From an uncultured Chloroflexia bacterium (lineage in GTDB: Bacteria; Chloroflexota; Limnocylindria; Limnocylindrales; CSP1-4), in contig CAVRHD010000001.1 in the NCBI GenBank assembly GCA_963720965.1, forward strand, positions 19,703-83,702: 64,000 nt of DNA. The letters run 5' to 3'. Shown in pieces: positions 39,921 to 49,490 of the stretch. The translations under genes were made by a program, and so were the position numbers. Numbering within the stretch: the first letter of the stretch is position 1; each line of letters begins with the position of its first letter. The notes below the pieces were generated by a model that saw only the letters and a list, made by a program, of their open reading frames with translations, ran no database searches and was not told the DNA's origin.

Positions 39921-40850
39921 TCACGATGATCGGGCGGCTCGTGTCCGACGCTCGGCCGGCCGGCCTCGATCGTCCGCGCCGATCGGGCCGAGTGCCTCGA
40001 GCAACCGGATCCATTCGCCCACGGCCACGGTCTGCGGCCGGCGATCCGGATCGATCCCCGCCTCGGCCAGGGCGGCGGCGACCCGTTCGGGTGGAACCGG
40101 CAGCTGGCGGGCGAGCACGTTGTGGAGCATCTTGCGGCGCTCCCGGAAGGCGGCCTGGACGAGACGCCAGAGGGCCTCCTCGGCCGCCGCATCGAGCCGG
40201 TCATCCTCGGCGAACGGCTCGATCACGATCACCGCGGAGTCGACCGCCGGGGCCGGCTCGAAGGCAGCCGCCGGGACGAGCCGGGCGATCCGGACCGCCG
40301 CGTGGTACTGGACGAACACCGACAGGTAGGACAGGCCACCCGGCTTCGCGGCGATCCGCTCGGCCACCTCGCGCTGGACCATCAGGATCAACCGGCGCGG
40401 CCGGGGCGGCTGGCCGAGCAGGCGATGGAGGATCGGGCTGGTGATGTGATAAGGCAGGTTGGCCACGACGTCGTAGGGCTCGGCCAGCAACCGGGTCAGG
40501 GGCTGGTCGAGGGCATCGCCTTCGATCAGGTGGAGGGTGCCCGGGTCGCCGCTCGCGCCGAGCCGGTCCGCGAGCTCCTCCCGCAGGAACTCGGCCAGGC
40601 CACGGTCGAGCTCGACCGCCGTGACCGCCGCGCCGGCCGTCAGCAGCGCCCCGGTCAGGAGGCCCAGGCCCGGGCCGATCTCGAGCACGTTCAGGCCGGG
40701 CTCCGGCGCCGCTTCGGCCAGGATCGCCTCGAGCACGTCGATGTCGGCCAGGAAGTTCTGGCTGAGCGAGTGCCGGGGGCGCAGGCCGGATCGGCGGAGC
40801 GTCCGACGGATGGCCGCCGGGTCGAGCACGGGTGGGCTGGAGCGGCTCAC
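39921..40850 (-). CDS. rsmA: 16S rRNA dimethyladenosine transferase
   Basis: LSQNFL, EIGPGLG.LT, VELDR, VANLPYHITSP, MVQREVAERI, PAPAVDS. Confidence 0.95.
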   Translation of the reverse strand: MSRSSPPVLDPAAIRRTLRRSGLRPRHSLSQNFLADIDVLEAILAEAAPEPGLNVLEIGPGLGLLTGALLTAGAAVTAVELDRGLAEFLREELADRLGASGDPGTLHLIEGDALDQPLTRLLAEPYDVVANLPYHITSPILHRLLGQPPRPRRLILMVQREVAERIAAKPGGLSYLSVFVQYHAAVRIARLVPAAAFEPAPAVDSAVIVIEPFAEDDRLDAAAEEALWRLVQAAFRERRKMLHNVLARQLPVPPERVAAALAEAGIDPDRRPQTVAVGEWIRLLEALGPIGADDRGRPAERRTRAARSS

Positions 40851-41938
40851 GTGGCCCCCGGAGCGGCCGTGGCCCGGACGGCGAGGGGCAGGTTCGGCCG
40901 GGCGTCGAGGTCGAGGCCGGCCCTGGCCCCAGCCAGGAAGCGCCGGCCGCCGGCGGCCCCGATCATCGCTCCGTTGTCGGTGCACAAGCCGGGCCGGGGA
41001 ATATACAGGGGCAGGCCCAGATCGGCCGCCTCGCCGGCCATCCGCTCGGCCAGCACCCGATTGGCCGCGACGCCGCCACCGACCACGATCGAACGCGCCC
41101 CGACGGCTCGCGCCGCGCGGGCGGTCTTGCGGGCGAGGACGTCGATCACCGCGTCCTGGAAGCCCCAGGCCAGCTCGGCCACGACCAATTCCGGGAGGGC
41201 CACGTCGGGCTCGTCCGCCGGCAGGCCGGCCTCCAGCCGGGCGGCGTCGGTGATCCGCCGAGCGGCCGTCTTCACGCCGCTGAAGCTGAAATCGTAGGAG
41301 TCGCCCAACCAGGCCCGCGGGAAGGCGACATCGCGGCTGGTTGCGGACCCGGCGGCGCGCATGATCGCCGGACCGCCCGGGTAGCCCAGCCCGAGCAGGC
41401 GGCCGACCTTGTCGAAGGCCTCGCCGGCGGCGTCGTCGACCGTCTCGCCCAGCAATCGATAGTCGCCGTGGTCGCGCATCTCGGCCAGGAAGGTGTGCCC
41501 GCCCGAGACGACGAGGGCGACCAGGGGGAACTCCGGCTCTGGACCGGGTTCGTTGCCCGGATCGGTCAGCCACGCCGCCTCCACGTGGCCGTCGAGGTGG
41601 TTGACCGCCACGAGCGGCTTGCCGCGGACGAAGGCCAGGGCCTTGGCGAAGTTCAAGCCCACCAGGAGCGAACCGGCCAGGCCCGGGCCGTAGGTCACCG
41701 CGACGGCGTCGACGTCGGACCAGGCCACGTTGGCGTCCGCCCAGGCGGCATCGAGGACGGGCACGATCCAGCGCAGGTGAGCCCGGGCGGCCACTTCCGG
41801 AACGATCCCGCCCGTTCCGGCGTGCAGCGCGACCTGGCTGGCCACGACGTTGGCCAGGATCCGCCGGCCGCCCTCGACCAGGGCGATGCCGGTCTCGTCG
41901 CAGCTCGACTCGACCGCCAGCAGGAGTGGCCCGCTCAC
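40847..41938 (-). CDS. tsaD: tRNA N6-adenosine threonylcarbamoyltransferase
   Basis: ESSCDET, GGIVPEVAARAH, VNHLDGH, VSGGHT, DDAAGEAFDK, FSFSG, DNGAMI. Confidence 0.96.
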   Translation of the reverse strand: MSGPLLLAVESSCDETGIALVEGGRRILANVVASQVALHAGTGGIVPEVAARAHLRWIVPVLDAAWADANVAWSDVDAVAVTYGPGLAGSLLVGLNFAKALAFVRGKPLVAVNHLDGHVEAAWLTDPGNEPGPEPEFPLVALVVSGGHTFLAEMRDHGDYRLLGETVDDAAGEAFDKVGRLLGLGYPGGPAIMRAAGSATSRDVAFPRAWLGDSYDFSFSGVKTAARRITDAARLEAGLPADEPDVALPELVVAELAWGFQDAVIDVLARKTARAARAVGARSIVVGGGVAANRVLAERMAGEAADLGLPLYIPRPGLCTDNGAMIGAAGGRRFLAGARAGLDLDARPNLPLAVRATAAPGAT

Positions 41939-42510
41939 GGTCGACCGTCCAGGCCGGCCGGCGGCACGCCCACGGCGCGGACCGGGTCCGGGGCTGACTC
42001 GAGCGCGGCCCGCCGCTCGGCCAGGCGGGCAATCATCTCGGCCGAGCGGAAGGGCTCGGTGGTCATGATCAGGGCATCCTCGTTGTTGTCGCTGTAGTAG
42101 CCCGGCCGGATTCCCACCGGGCGGAAGCCGAACTTCTCGTACAGCCGGCGAGCCGGCAGGTTGGACAGCCGGACCTCGAGCGTCGCCTCGCTCGCCCGGC
42201 GCTCGAGGGCCAGGTCGAACAGGGCCACGAGGAGGCGCTCGCCGAGGTGGTTGCGGCGCCACGCGGGCGCGATCGCGAAGGTGGTCACGTGGGCCTCGTC
42301 GACCATCAGCCACAGGCCGGCGAAGCCGGCCACCTCGGCGCCGACCCGGACCACCAGGTAGTAGGCGAGCTTGTTCGTCTCGAGCTCGGTCCGATAGGCG
42401 TTGGCCGGCCAGGGCGCCGAGAACGACGCCCGCTCGATGACCTGGACCGACGGGATGTCGTCGAAGCCCATCGGCCCGACGACAACCTTCAGCGGTGGTC
42501 GCGCGACCAT
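41935..42510 (-). CDS. rimI: Ribosomal-protein-alanine N-acetyltransferase
   Basis: IERASF..PW, DEAHVTT, TLEVRLSN, LYEKFGF, YYSDNNEDALIM. Confidence 0.9.
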   Translation of the reverse strand: MVARPPLKVVVGPMGFDDIPSVQVIERASFSAPWPANAYRTELETNKLAYYLVVRVGAEVAGFAGLWLMVDEAHVTTFAIAPAWRRNHLGERLLVALFDLALERRASEATLEVRLSNLPARRLYEKFGFRPVGIRPGYYSDNNEDALIMTTEPFRSAEMIARLAERRAALESAPDPVRAVGVPPAGLDGRP

Positions 42511-43163
42511 TCGATCGTGCCCGACAGGGTCTTCACGCCACGGGGCAGGCTGACGTACTCGGGCACGAGCCGGGCGAGGTCGTCGACCTGGCCGGCCTCG
42601 AGCCGGCCAGCGCCCAGGACGAGCAGGCTGGCACCGAGGCCGGCCAGCGCCGCCGCGCCGCGGACCAGTGCGGCCTCCGGCGCCCGCCCGTCGAGGTCGA
42701 CGGCGACGAGCTCCGCATCGATCGGCACCTCCGGATCGGTTCCGGCCGGCAGCAGGCGCGGCCCACCACCGTCGACGATGACCCGGTCGCGGGGCCCGGC
42801 CGGCAGGAGCAGGACGGCCGCCGCGGCCGGCCCAGCGGTTCGAGGACCGGCGAGCAGCGCCATCGACGTCGGGATCCCGATGATCGGGATGGCAAGCGCG
42901 TGGGCCAGGCCCTTGGCCGTCGCCAGGCCGACCCGCAGTCCGGTGAACGCACCCGGGCCGGTGCCGACCACGATCGCCCGGATCGCGGGCAGCTCAACGC
43001 CCTCGGCCCGGAGCAGCCGGTCGAGGCCGGCCAGCAGCTCCTCCCCGTGACGCTGGCCGGCCGGCCAGGCCGAGACGGACGGCCGGCCACCCGGCCGCTC
43101 GATGGCCACGACCGTGCGGCTCGTCGCCGTGTCGATCGCGAGGATGGGCGTGGCGGCGGTCAA
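42489..43163 (-). CDS. tsaB: tRNA threonylcarbamoyladenosine biosynthesis protein TsaB
   Basis: ILAIDTAT, GPGAFTGLRVG..AKGLA, LVPEY. Confidence 0.92.
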   Translation of the reverse strand: MTAATPILAIDTATSRTVVAIERPGGRPSVSAWPAGQRHGEELLAGLDRLLRAEGVELPAIRAIVVGTGPGAFTGLRVGLATAKGLAHALAIPIIGIPTSMALLAGPRTAGPAAAAVLLLPAGPRDRVIVDGGGPRLLPAGTDPEVPIDAELVAVDLDGRAPEAALVRGAAALAGLGASLLVLGAGRLEAGQVDDLARLVPEYVSLPRGVKTLSGTIEWSRDHR

Positions 43164-43639
43164 GGCACGACCGCCAGGTAGCGTTCGTGGTCCGGGCCGG
43201 TGGCCACCAGCTCGATCGTGCGCGGCTCGTCGGCCCGCCCGTCGATCGTGATGTCAAGGCGCTCCTCGGGCAGGACCGGTCCCATTCGCTCGGCCCACTC
43301 GACCAGGCTGACCCCGCCTGCCTGGCGCTCGTCGAGGAGCCCGTCGGCATACGGGTCGAAGCCATCGTCGAGACGGTACAGGTCGATGTGGAAGAGGGGC
43401 AGGCGGCCGGCGTACTCGCTCATCAGGACGTAGCTCGGCGAGGTGATCGTGGCGGCCACCCCGAGGCCTGCCCCGAAGCCCTTGGCCAGCTCGGTCTTGC
43501 CGGCACCCAGGTCGCCATGGAGCGCGATCAGGTCACCCGCCTGGGCGACCCGGGCGAGCTCCATCGCAAGGGCCCGGGTGGCCGCGGGTGAAGCTGACAC
43601 GATCTGGCGCCGGGCGATATCGGGGCGGGCGGCTGGCAT
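43160..43639 (-). CDS. tsaE: tRNA threonylcarbamoyladenosine biosynthesis ATPase TsaE
   Basis: GDLGAGKT, SPSY, HIDLYRL, VEWAE. Confidence 0.94.
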   Translation of the reverse strand: MPAARPDIARRQIVSASPAATRALAMELARVAQAGDLIALHGDLGAGKTELAKGFGAGLGVAATITSPSYVLMSEYAGRLPLFHIDLYRLDDGFDPYADGLLDERQAGGVSLVEWAERMGPVLPEERLDITIDGRADEPRTIELVATGPDHERYLAVVP

Positions 43640-43681
43640 GGCCCGAGGGTACCCGAACCGGCGCTTCGGAGGCCCGCTCTG

Positions 43682-44713
43682 TCAGCTGAACCGCTCGAGG
43701 TCGGCGATCGCAACCACGACGATCGACCCGTCGTCCAGCTCCACGCTGCCTGCCTCCAGCTGGACCCCGGCCGGGAACCGGCGCCGGCCGGCCGGGCCGC
43801 GCCAGCGGCCCTCCCGCCCCGACAGCTCGCCATGGCGGATCCGGACCCAGTCGGCAGGAACGGCCGGCGGATCCAGAGGCGGGTCGACGACGAGCATCGG
43901 CGGGTCGGCCACGATGCCGACTTCACGGCCGACCAGCCGTTCGAACAGGCGCTGCAGCGGACCTGCGATCGGTCGCCGGAATGTGCCATCGAGGACCAGC
44001 ACGGCGAACGGCGCGATCGCCTGCAGGCTGGCTCGCTGGCGTGCTTCGGACGCGACGAGGTCGCGCAGGTCCTTGCCGGCCAGGCCGGGCACGACGATGC
44101 CCCGGACGCCCATCGCCCGGGCCCGGCCGATCGTCTCGGAATCGAGCCGGCCGCCGACGACCAGGATCGAGCCCGCCCGGCCCACATCGAGCTGGCCGCG
44201 CAGGCCGGCCTCGCCCGTGACCAGCTCCAGGCGGCCCCGGGTGGGACCGCCTGCCGCGAAGGCGCCGGGGATGCCGTGGCCGGCCAGGGACAGGCCGATG
44301 CCCCGCCCGGGCACGACCTCGCGGACGATCCCGGCCGCCGGCGACTCGAGCAGCTCGGTGTGCTCGCCGCTGACCACCTGCCAGCGCCCGCCTTCGGCGA
44401 CGAGCACCTCGCCGGGCGGCGTCCTTGGCCGGCGGCGGCGGAGCATGGTCCCGGATTCGTGGCCGTCGCCGGCCCACCAGTCGCCCGGGGCGAGCCCGGC
44501 CGCCGCGTCGTCCGGCTCGGCCACCGTGGGCGGCCCAATCTCGATCCTCGGGTCGCGCCGCCGCTCCGCCAGACCCAGCCCAGCCGTGACCGGCTCGCCT
44601 GCTCCAACCAGGATTCGGTCGCCCGGACCTAGCTGGAACCAGGTCGTCGGGGCCGGGATCGCCATGGGCCGGCTGGGGACCACCCAGACCGTGCTCGGGG
44701 CGTGCTCAGACAT
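43682..44713 (-). CDS. Conserved hypothetical protein with barrel-sandwich-like N-terminus and KOW/SH3-like C-terminus
   Basis: ILV..GE.V..G..LAE; ARAMGVRGIV; VLDGTF; DWVRI..G...GREG...FPAG; ATG overlaps the stop region of the upstream gene. Confidence 0.7.
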   Translation of the reverse strand: MSEHAPSTVWVVPSRPMAIPAPTTWFQLGPGDRILVGAGEPVTAGLGLAERRRDPRIEIGPPTVAEPDDAAAGLAPGDWWAGDGHESGTMLRRRRPRTPPGEVLVAEGGRWQVVSGEHTELLESPAAGIVREVVPGRGIGLSLAGHGIPGAFAAGGPTRGRLELVTGEAGLRGQLDVGRAGSILVVGGRLDSETIGRARAMGVRGIVVPGLAGKDLRDLVASEARQRASLQAIAPFAVLVLDGTFRRPIAGPLQRLFERLVGREVGIVADPPMLVVDPPLDPPAVPADWVRIRHGELSGREGRWRGPAGRRRFPAGVQLEAGSVELDDGSIVVVAIADLERFS

Positions 44714-46301
44714 CGAGGCCCGGCCAGAGGGCGGCCTGCCAGGCTCCGAGGAGGGCCCGCCGGCGATCGAGCCGGTCAGGCAGGTGGAGGGGCACGTCGC
44801 GCAGGTCCACGAGGAGGCCGCCGAGGCCGCCGCCGACCTCGACCCGGGCATGCCGGACGCGCGCGCCGAGGTCGACCTGATCGCGAAAGCGGAACTCTGC
44901 GATCCCCAGCTGGCCGGGGGGCAGGTCGACGAGCTGCAGGCCGCCGGGTACCAGGTCGATCTCGCTCGACGATGCTTCGGCGTGGACGATCAGGTGGCCG
45001 GCGGTCTTGCCGGACCTCAGGCCGGCCGGCGTGACGACCGTCCCGAGCGGCACCAGGAGGTCCTCGGCCAGCTCGGCCAGGAGCGCCCGGCGCTCGGACG
45101 GGTCGGCGATCATCCCGATCGGCCCTAGCAGGCGGGCATGATCCCAGGCCAGCTGGCTGGCTCCCGGCCGCCGGACCAGATCGGCCAGGGCCAGGGCGAT
45201 GGCCGGTCCCGGAGAGACCGCCCAGCCGCCCCCGGCGACGACGATGAGGTCGGGTGCCGGCAGCCGGCCGATGTCGGGCGTCAGCCTGACGAGTCGTTCC
45301 AGGGCAGCCCGGGCGGCGGCATAGCGGACGACGGCTCCAGCACCATGCGCCTCGCCCCATGGCGTCAGGCGCAGCTCCCGCAGCCGGTCGCGCATGCGAT
45401 GGCGATCGAACGGGATCGACGACCAGGCGAGGACGCCGTCGACGAGCCCGTCCTCGGGTTCGCCCGGCGGCACGAGGGCAGCATCCGCCACGACGGCCGG
45501 CGGAGCCTCGAGACCGTCGGGACCGGCCAGCACGCGCAGTCCCCCGTTGAATCCGATCTCAACCAGCTCGACCCGCCGCTCGATCACGGCGGCCAGGTCG
45601 ACGACTGCCCGGACCAGGCCGTAGCGCCCGTCGCCGGATGACGGCTGGACGGCATCGAGCAGACGGCGCAGTCCGGATCCGGCCGGATCGCCGGCGGTCG
45701 CGGCCGGTCCGTACGGTGGTGGCGTGCCTTCCGCGTCAAGGACAAAGCGACTGGCCTCGTCCCGGACGAGGCCGGCCAGCACGACCGGACGGCCCGGATC
45801 TCGGCCGGCGATGGCAGCGCCCAGCGTGGCCAGCGACGTCACGCTGGCCTTTGGATCGAGAGCCGGGGATTCGCCCGCCGCGATCACGATCGCGGCCACG
45901 TCCCGCTCGAGGGCCAGTCCGGCCATGTCGATCGGATCCGCCCGCTCGAGGCTCAGCCCGGTTGCCCGCCAGCCACTCGTGTCGGCCAGGCGCTGGAGGG
46001 CGGCTCGTTCGCGCTCGCTGGTCGCCAGGATGGCGAGGCGCGGCAGCTCGGCCGTCCGGGCGACCAGCCGGGCCGGGGTGGTGATCGTGGCTCCAGCAAC
46101 GCGCAGCTCGGCCGCCAGGTCCGGGTCGGTCCCGGCCAGCCGGTCGACCAGGCGTCCCAGGAGCGCCTCGACATCGGCCCCGGCCGGGGCCGATTCGGCC
46201 GCGAGCAAGCGCCGGCGACCATTGATCCGACCGATCAGGGCGACCGCCGAGGTTGCCGACCCGAGGTCGAGCGCGAAAGAGGCTCGCGGGTCGCTCGTCA
46301 C
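44706..46301 (-). CDS. Glutamate mutase L (GlmL/MutL)-like actin-fold protein
   Basis: N-terminal ALDLGSATS..ALI....G..RL; DLIVVAGG; ALALAD...P; C-terminal GGLGGLLVDLRDVPL; family assignment by recall. Confidence 0.65.
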   Translation of the reverse strand: MTSDPRASFALDLGSATSAVALIGRINGRRRLLAAESAPAGADVEALLGRLVDRLAGTDPDLAAELRVAGATITTPARLVARTAELPRLAILATSERERAALQRLADTSGWRATGLSLERADPIDMAGLALERDVAAIVIAAGESPALDPKASVTSLATLGAAIAGRDPGRPVVLAGLVRDEASRFVLDAEGTPPPYGPAATAGDPAGSGLRRLLDAVQPSSGDGRYGLVRAVVDLAAVIERRVELVEIGFNGGLRVLAGPDGLEAPPAVVADAALVPPGEPEDGLVDGVLAWSSIPFDRHRMRDRLRELRLTPWGEAHGAGAVVRYAAARAALERLVRLTPDIGRLPAPDLIVVAGGGWAVSPGPAIALALADLVRRPGASQLAWDHARLLGPIGMIADPSERRALLAELAEDLLVPLGTVVTPAGLRSGKTAGHLIVHAEASSSEIDLVPGGLQLVDLPPGQLGIAEFRFRDQVDLGARVRHARVEVGGGLGGLLVDLRDVPLHLPDRLDRRRALLGAWQAALWPGLDV

Positions 46302-46347
46302 CTGCCCATGCTACCCGGCCGGGCGCCGGCCGGGGCCGGCGGGAACC

Positions 46348-46644
46348 TCAGGCGTCGAGGGTATCGTCCTCGTCCCACTCCTCGAGGCGCTCGATCAGCT
46401 GTTCGATCCCGATATCGTCGGCGAGCAGCTCGTTGGCCGAATCGACATCGCCGCCGAACAGCCCTCGAAGGGTCGGGTCGAAGAACAGCATCGCGTTGCT
46501 GCCCAGCGGCCGATAGGGCCGGCTGGCATTCAGGAAGTGGACCGCCGGCGCGGCCAGCCCGCGCAGGTGGATCTCGCGGGCGACCTGGTCGACGAGCTCG
46601 TCGCGTTGCTCTTCGGTCCGGTCAGGCGGAGGCGGCAGCATCAT
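46348..46644 (-). CDS. Conserved hypothetical protein (98 aa)
   Basis: ATGA overlap with the macro-domain gene; LVDQVAREI..RGL..PAV.FL....P..PL...IEQLIERLE. Confidence 0.75.
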   Translation of the reverse strand: MMLPPPPDRTEEQRDELVDQVAREIHLRGLAAPAVHFLNASRPYRPLGSNAMLFFDPTLRGLFGGDVDSANELLADDIGIEQLIERLEEWDEDDTLDA

Positions 46645-47189
46645 CGCGGCGCACCCGCTTCCGGCTCGGGGACGGCCGGCATCCCCTCGGCGCCGTGCAC
46701 GGCAGCCTCGAACGCGGCGTACGCGGCCGCGCCCCGCAGGGCGAACGTGACGACCTCGATCGAGGGCGAGCGGGGCAGCTCTTCGTGGATCGTGGCCAGG
46801 GTGATCTGGGCGGCTTCATCGATCGGGTAGCCGCCGACGCCGGTGCCGAGCGCCGGGAAGGCAATGCTCGTGACGTTGTTCTCGCGGGCCCGGGCCATCG
46901 CGCTGTGGACGGCTGCCCGGATCGCGGCCGCACTGGTCCGCCGATCGCGATCAAGCGATGCCGCGTGGATGACGATCCGGGCGGCGAGATCGCCGGCCTC
47001 GGTGACCACCGCGTCGCCTACCTCGATCGGGCCCTGGCGCACGGCGGCGAACTCGATCGCGTCACCGCCGGCGCGCTTGATCGCCCCGCCGACTCCCGTC
47101 GCCATCCACAGGCTGGGGTTGGCCGGGTTCACGATCGCGTCGACCTCGAGCTCGCAGATGTCGCCGTTCCAGAGCTGAATTCGAGCCAC
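46641..47189 (-). CDS. Macro domain protein (ADP-ribose processing)
   Basis: GDI, VDAIVNPAN..L.M..GVGGAI, IHAA, SIAFPALGTGVGG. Confidence 0.93.
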   Translation of the reverse strand: MARIQLWNGDICELEVDAIVNPANPSLWMATGVGGAIKRAGGDAIEFAAVRQGPIEVGDAVVTEAGDLAARIVIHAASLDRDRRTSAAAIRAAVHSAMARARENNVTSIAFPALGTGVGGYPIDEAAQITLATIHEELPRSPSIEVVTFALRGAAAYAAFEAAVHGAEGMPAVPEPEAGAPR

Positions 47190-48441
47190 CTTGCCTCCAC
47201 CCGGCGAGCGTCCGAACGCTCAGGGGTACCAGCCCGGCATGGTACACCCGGGGCAATCGGTGAGCCATGCTGGTAACGACTTCCCACGAGATCGTGGTGC
47301 GGGCCTGCGCCACCTCGCGAGCCGTGATCTCCTCGGTCCCCTGCCGTCCAATCAGCACGAATTCGTCGTCGACGCTGACCGGCGCACCGGGCACGTCGGT
47401 CACGTCGGCCATCAGGGCGTCCATTGCCACCGTCCCGACGATTGGCGCCCGGCGCCCGCGCACCAGGACCTCGGCCCGGTTCGAGAGCACCCGGGCCCAG
47501 CCATCGCCGTAGCCCAGGGGCAGCGTCGCGATCCGGCTCGGCCGGTCGGTCGTGAAGCTCGGGCCGTAGCTGATACCCGAGCCGGCCGGCAGGTCGACGA
47601 CCCGGATCGGCCGGGCGTGCAGGGCGAGGACCGGCTGGAGCTCGCTGGCAGGGGTCCGCCGGCCGGCGTCGTCGGGCAGGTCGTCGGGCAGCAGCCCGTA
47701 CAAGGCCAGGCCGATCCGTACACCGTCGAGGGCCGGACCGCTGCCGCCCAGCAACCCGCCGCTCGCGGTGAGGTGGCGGACGGGGATCCGGATGCCGTCC
47801 GCCCCGAGCTGGCTGACCGCCGCGGCGAAGCGCTTCTGCTGGGTCGCAGTCCGGTCCCGGTCAGCTGGCGCCTGCAGATGTGACCAGATCCCGGCCAGGC
47901 GCACGCCCGGCGCGGCGGCGATCCGGGCGGCCATGGCCGATACCTCGGTCGGCAGGATCCCGGCCCGGCCGAGCCCGGTTTCGAGCTCGAGCTGGATGTC
48001 CAGCCGATGGGGCGGATGCCGCCGCCCGGTCGAGCGGGCCGAGGAGCGCGCCTGCTCCAGGCTGGCCAGGGTCAGCTCCAGGATCGTCGGGTCACTGGCG
48101 GCCAGGGCGATCCTGCGCCGGGCGGCCTCGGGCGCACGTTCGGGCGGCACCGGAAACAGGACCAGGATCGGCAGGTGCAGGCCCGCCTCGCGCAGCTCGA
48201 CCGCCTCGTCGAAGGTCGCCACGGCCAGGCCGTCGGGCGGTTGTGCGGTGGACTCGAGGGCGTGCCCGACGGGCACCGCGCCATGGCCGTAGGCGTCGGC
48301 CTTGACCACGACGTCGAGACGAGTACCAGCGGGCAAGGACCCACGCAGGACGGCCAGGTTGGCGCCGAGGCGCCCGAGATCGATCTCCAGCCAGGCGGTC
48401 CTGGGCAGCCCCGGCAGGCCAGCCCCGGCGAGGGCCGCCAT
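47062..48441 (-). CDS. alr: Alanine racemase (3' end overlaps the macro-domain gene as given)
   Basis: VVKADAYGHG, ETGLGRAG, WSH, VRIGLALYG, ISYG, PLGYGDG, GTVAMD, ISWEV. Confidence 0.93.
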   Translation of the reverse strand: MAALAGAGLPGLPRTAWLEIDLGRLGANLAVLRGSLPAGTRLDVVVKADAYGHGAVPVGHALESTAQPPDGLAVATFDEAVELREAGLHLPILVLFPVPPERAPEAARRRIALAASDPTILELTLASLEQARSSARSTGRRHPPHRLDIQLELETGLGRAGILPTEVSAMAARIAAAPGVRLAGIWSHLQAPADRDRTATQQKRFAAAVSQLGADGIRIPVRHLTASGGLLGGSGPALDGVRIGLALYGLLPDDLPDDAGRRTPASELQPVLALHARPIRVVDLPAGSGISYGPSFTTDRPSRIATLPLGYGDGWARVLSNRAEVLVRGRRAPIVGTVAMDALMADVTDVPGAPVSVDDEFVLIGRQGTEEITAREVAQARTTISWEVVTSMAHRLPRVYHAGLVPLSVRTLAGWRQGGSNSALERRHLRARGRRDREPGQPQPVDGDGSRRGDQARRR

Positions 48442-48458
48442 GAGCGACGGCAGGGCGC

Positions 48459-49490
48459 TCAGCGGTGGCCCCCGGCGGGTCGCGTGCCGAAGCCGAGCCG
48501 GCGCTCGGCTGTCCGTCGCGTACGGGCGACCGTCAGGCGCTTGCGGGCGAGGGCGATCTCGAAGGGCAGGTCGGAGGCCAGCAGCCCGGCGTCACCGACC
48601 CGGTCGCGCACCGCCTCGCCGGCCGTGCCGTGCAGGAAGACTCCCAGGCGGGCCGCGTCGAACGGCGCGAGATGCTGGGCGAGCAAGGCGCCAATCGTGC
48701 CGCTCAGGACGTCACCGGTCCCGCCGCTGGCCATGGCCGGATTCTCGAAGGTCGCCCGGGCGAGCCGGCCATCCGGGGCGGCGATCACCGAGCGGGCGCC
48801 CTTCAGGACCACGACCTGGCCCCAGCGCCGGGCTGCATCGGCTGCCGCGGCCGCCCGGGCCCGATCGTCGCCGAGGAGATCGCCGTCGCTGCCGGCTTCG
48901 ATCCCGGCGGCGGCCCGGAGACGCTCGAACTCGCCGCTGTGGGGGGTCAGGACGCACGGCCGGTGGACGCCCAACCACCAGTCGTCCTCGGCGGCCAGCG
49001 AGCGCAGTGCCTCGGCATCGACCACGGCGGGCGGGGCTCCTTCGTCCTCGACCCCCAGCAGGCGTCGAATCAGCTCCACCGTGGTCAAGCCAGGTCGAAG
49101 GCCGGGCCCGACGACGAGCGCGTCGTGGGCGTGGTCGAGGATCCGGGCCAGGGCATCGTCCGGATCGACCTCCTCGACATCATCCTCGGGCAGGCCCAGC
49201 GTGGTCGCCTCGACGACCTTGGCCGCGAACAGCGGCTGGAGCGACTCGGGCACGGCCAGGGCGACGAGGCCCGCCCCGGCCCGGCCGGCCGCCGTGCACA
49301 CGAGCAGGGCCGCGCCGGCATAGTCGAGCGAACCGGCCATGACCAGCAGCCGTCCGAACGTGCCCTTGTGGCCGCGCACGGGGCGCTCCGGCAGGAGCGC
49401 GCCCATGAGGGCATCGTTGAGCTCCTCGATCGGACCTGGCTCGATCGGACCTGGCTCGATCGGACTTGGCTCAACCGTCAACGGTGGCAT
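48459..49490 (-). CDS. nnrD: ADP-dependent NAD(P)H-hydrate dehydratase (stand-alone)
   Basis: HKGTFG, GSLDYAGAA, GPGL, VDAEAL, LTPHSGEF, VLKG, MASGGTGDVLSG; start uncertain. Confidence 0.9.
   Translation of the reverse strand: MPPLTVEPSPIEPGPIEPGPIEELNDALMGALLPERPVRGHKGTFGRLLVMAGSLDYAGAALLVCTAAGRAGAGLVALAVPESLQPLFAAKVVEATTLGLPEDDVEEVDPDDALARILDHAHDALVVGPGLRPGLTTVELIRRLLGVEDEGAPPAVVDAEALRSLAAEDDWWLGVHRPCVLTPHSGEFERLRAAAGIEAGSDGDLLGDDRARAAAAADAARRWGQVVVLKGARSVIAAPDGRLARATFENPAMASGGTGDVLSGTIGALLAQHLAPFDAARLGVFLHGTAGEAVRDRVGDAGLLASDLPFEIALARKRLTVARTRRTAERRLGFGTRPAGGHR
49425..49472. repeat. 15-bp tandem repeat x3 encoding (P-S/G-P-I-E)n
   Basis: ctcgatcggacctgg twice, then ctcgatcggacttgg. Confidence 0.85.
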
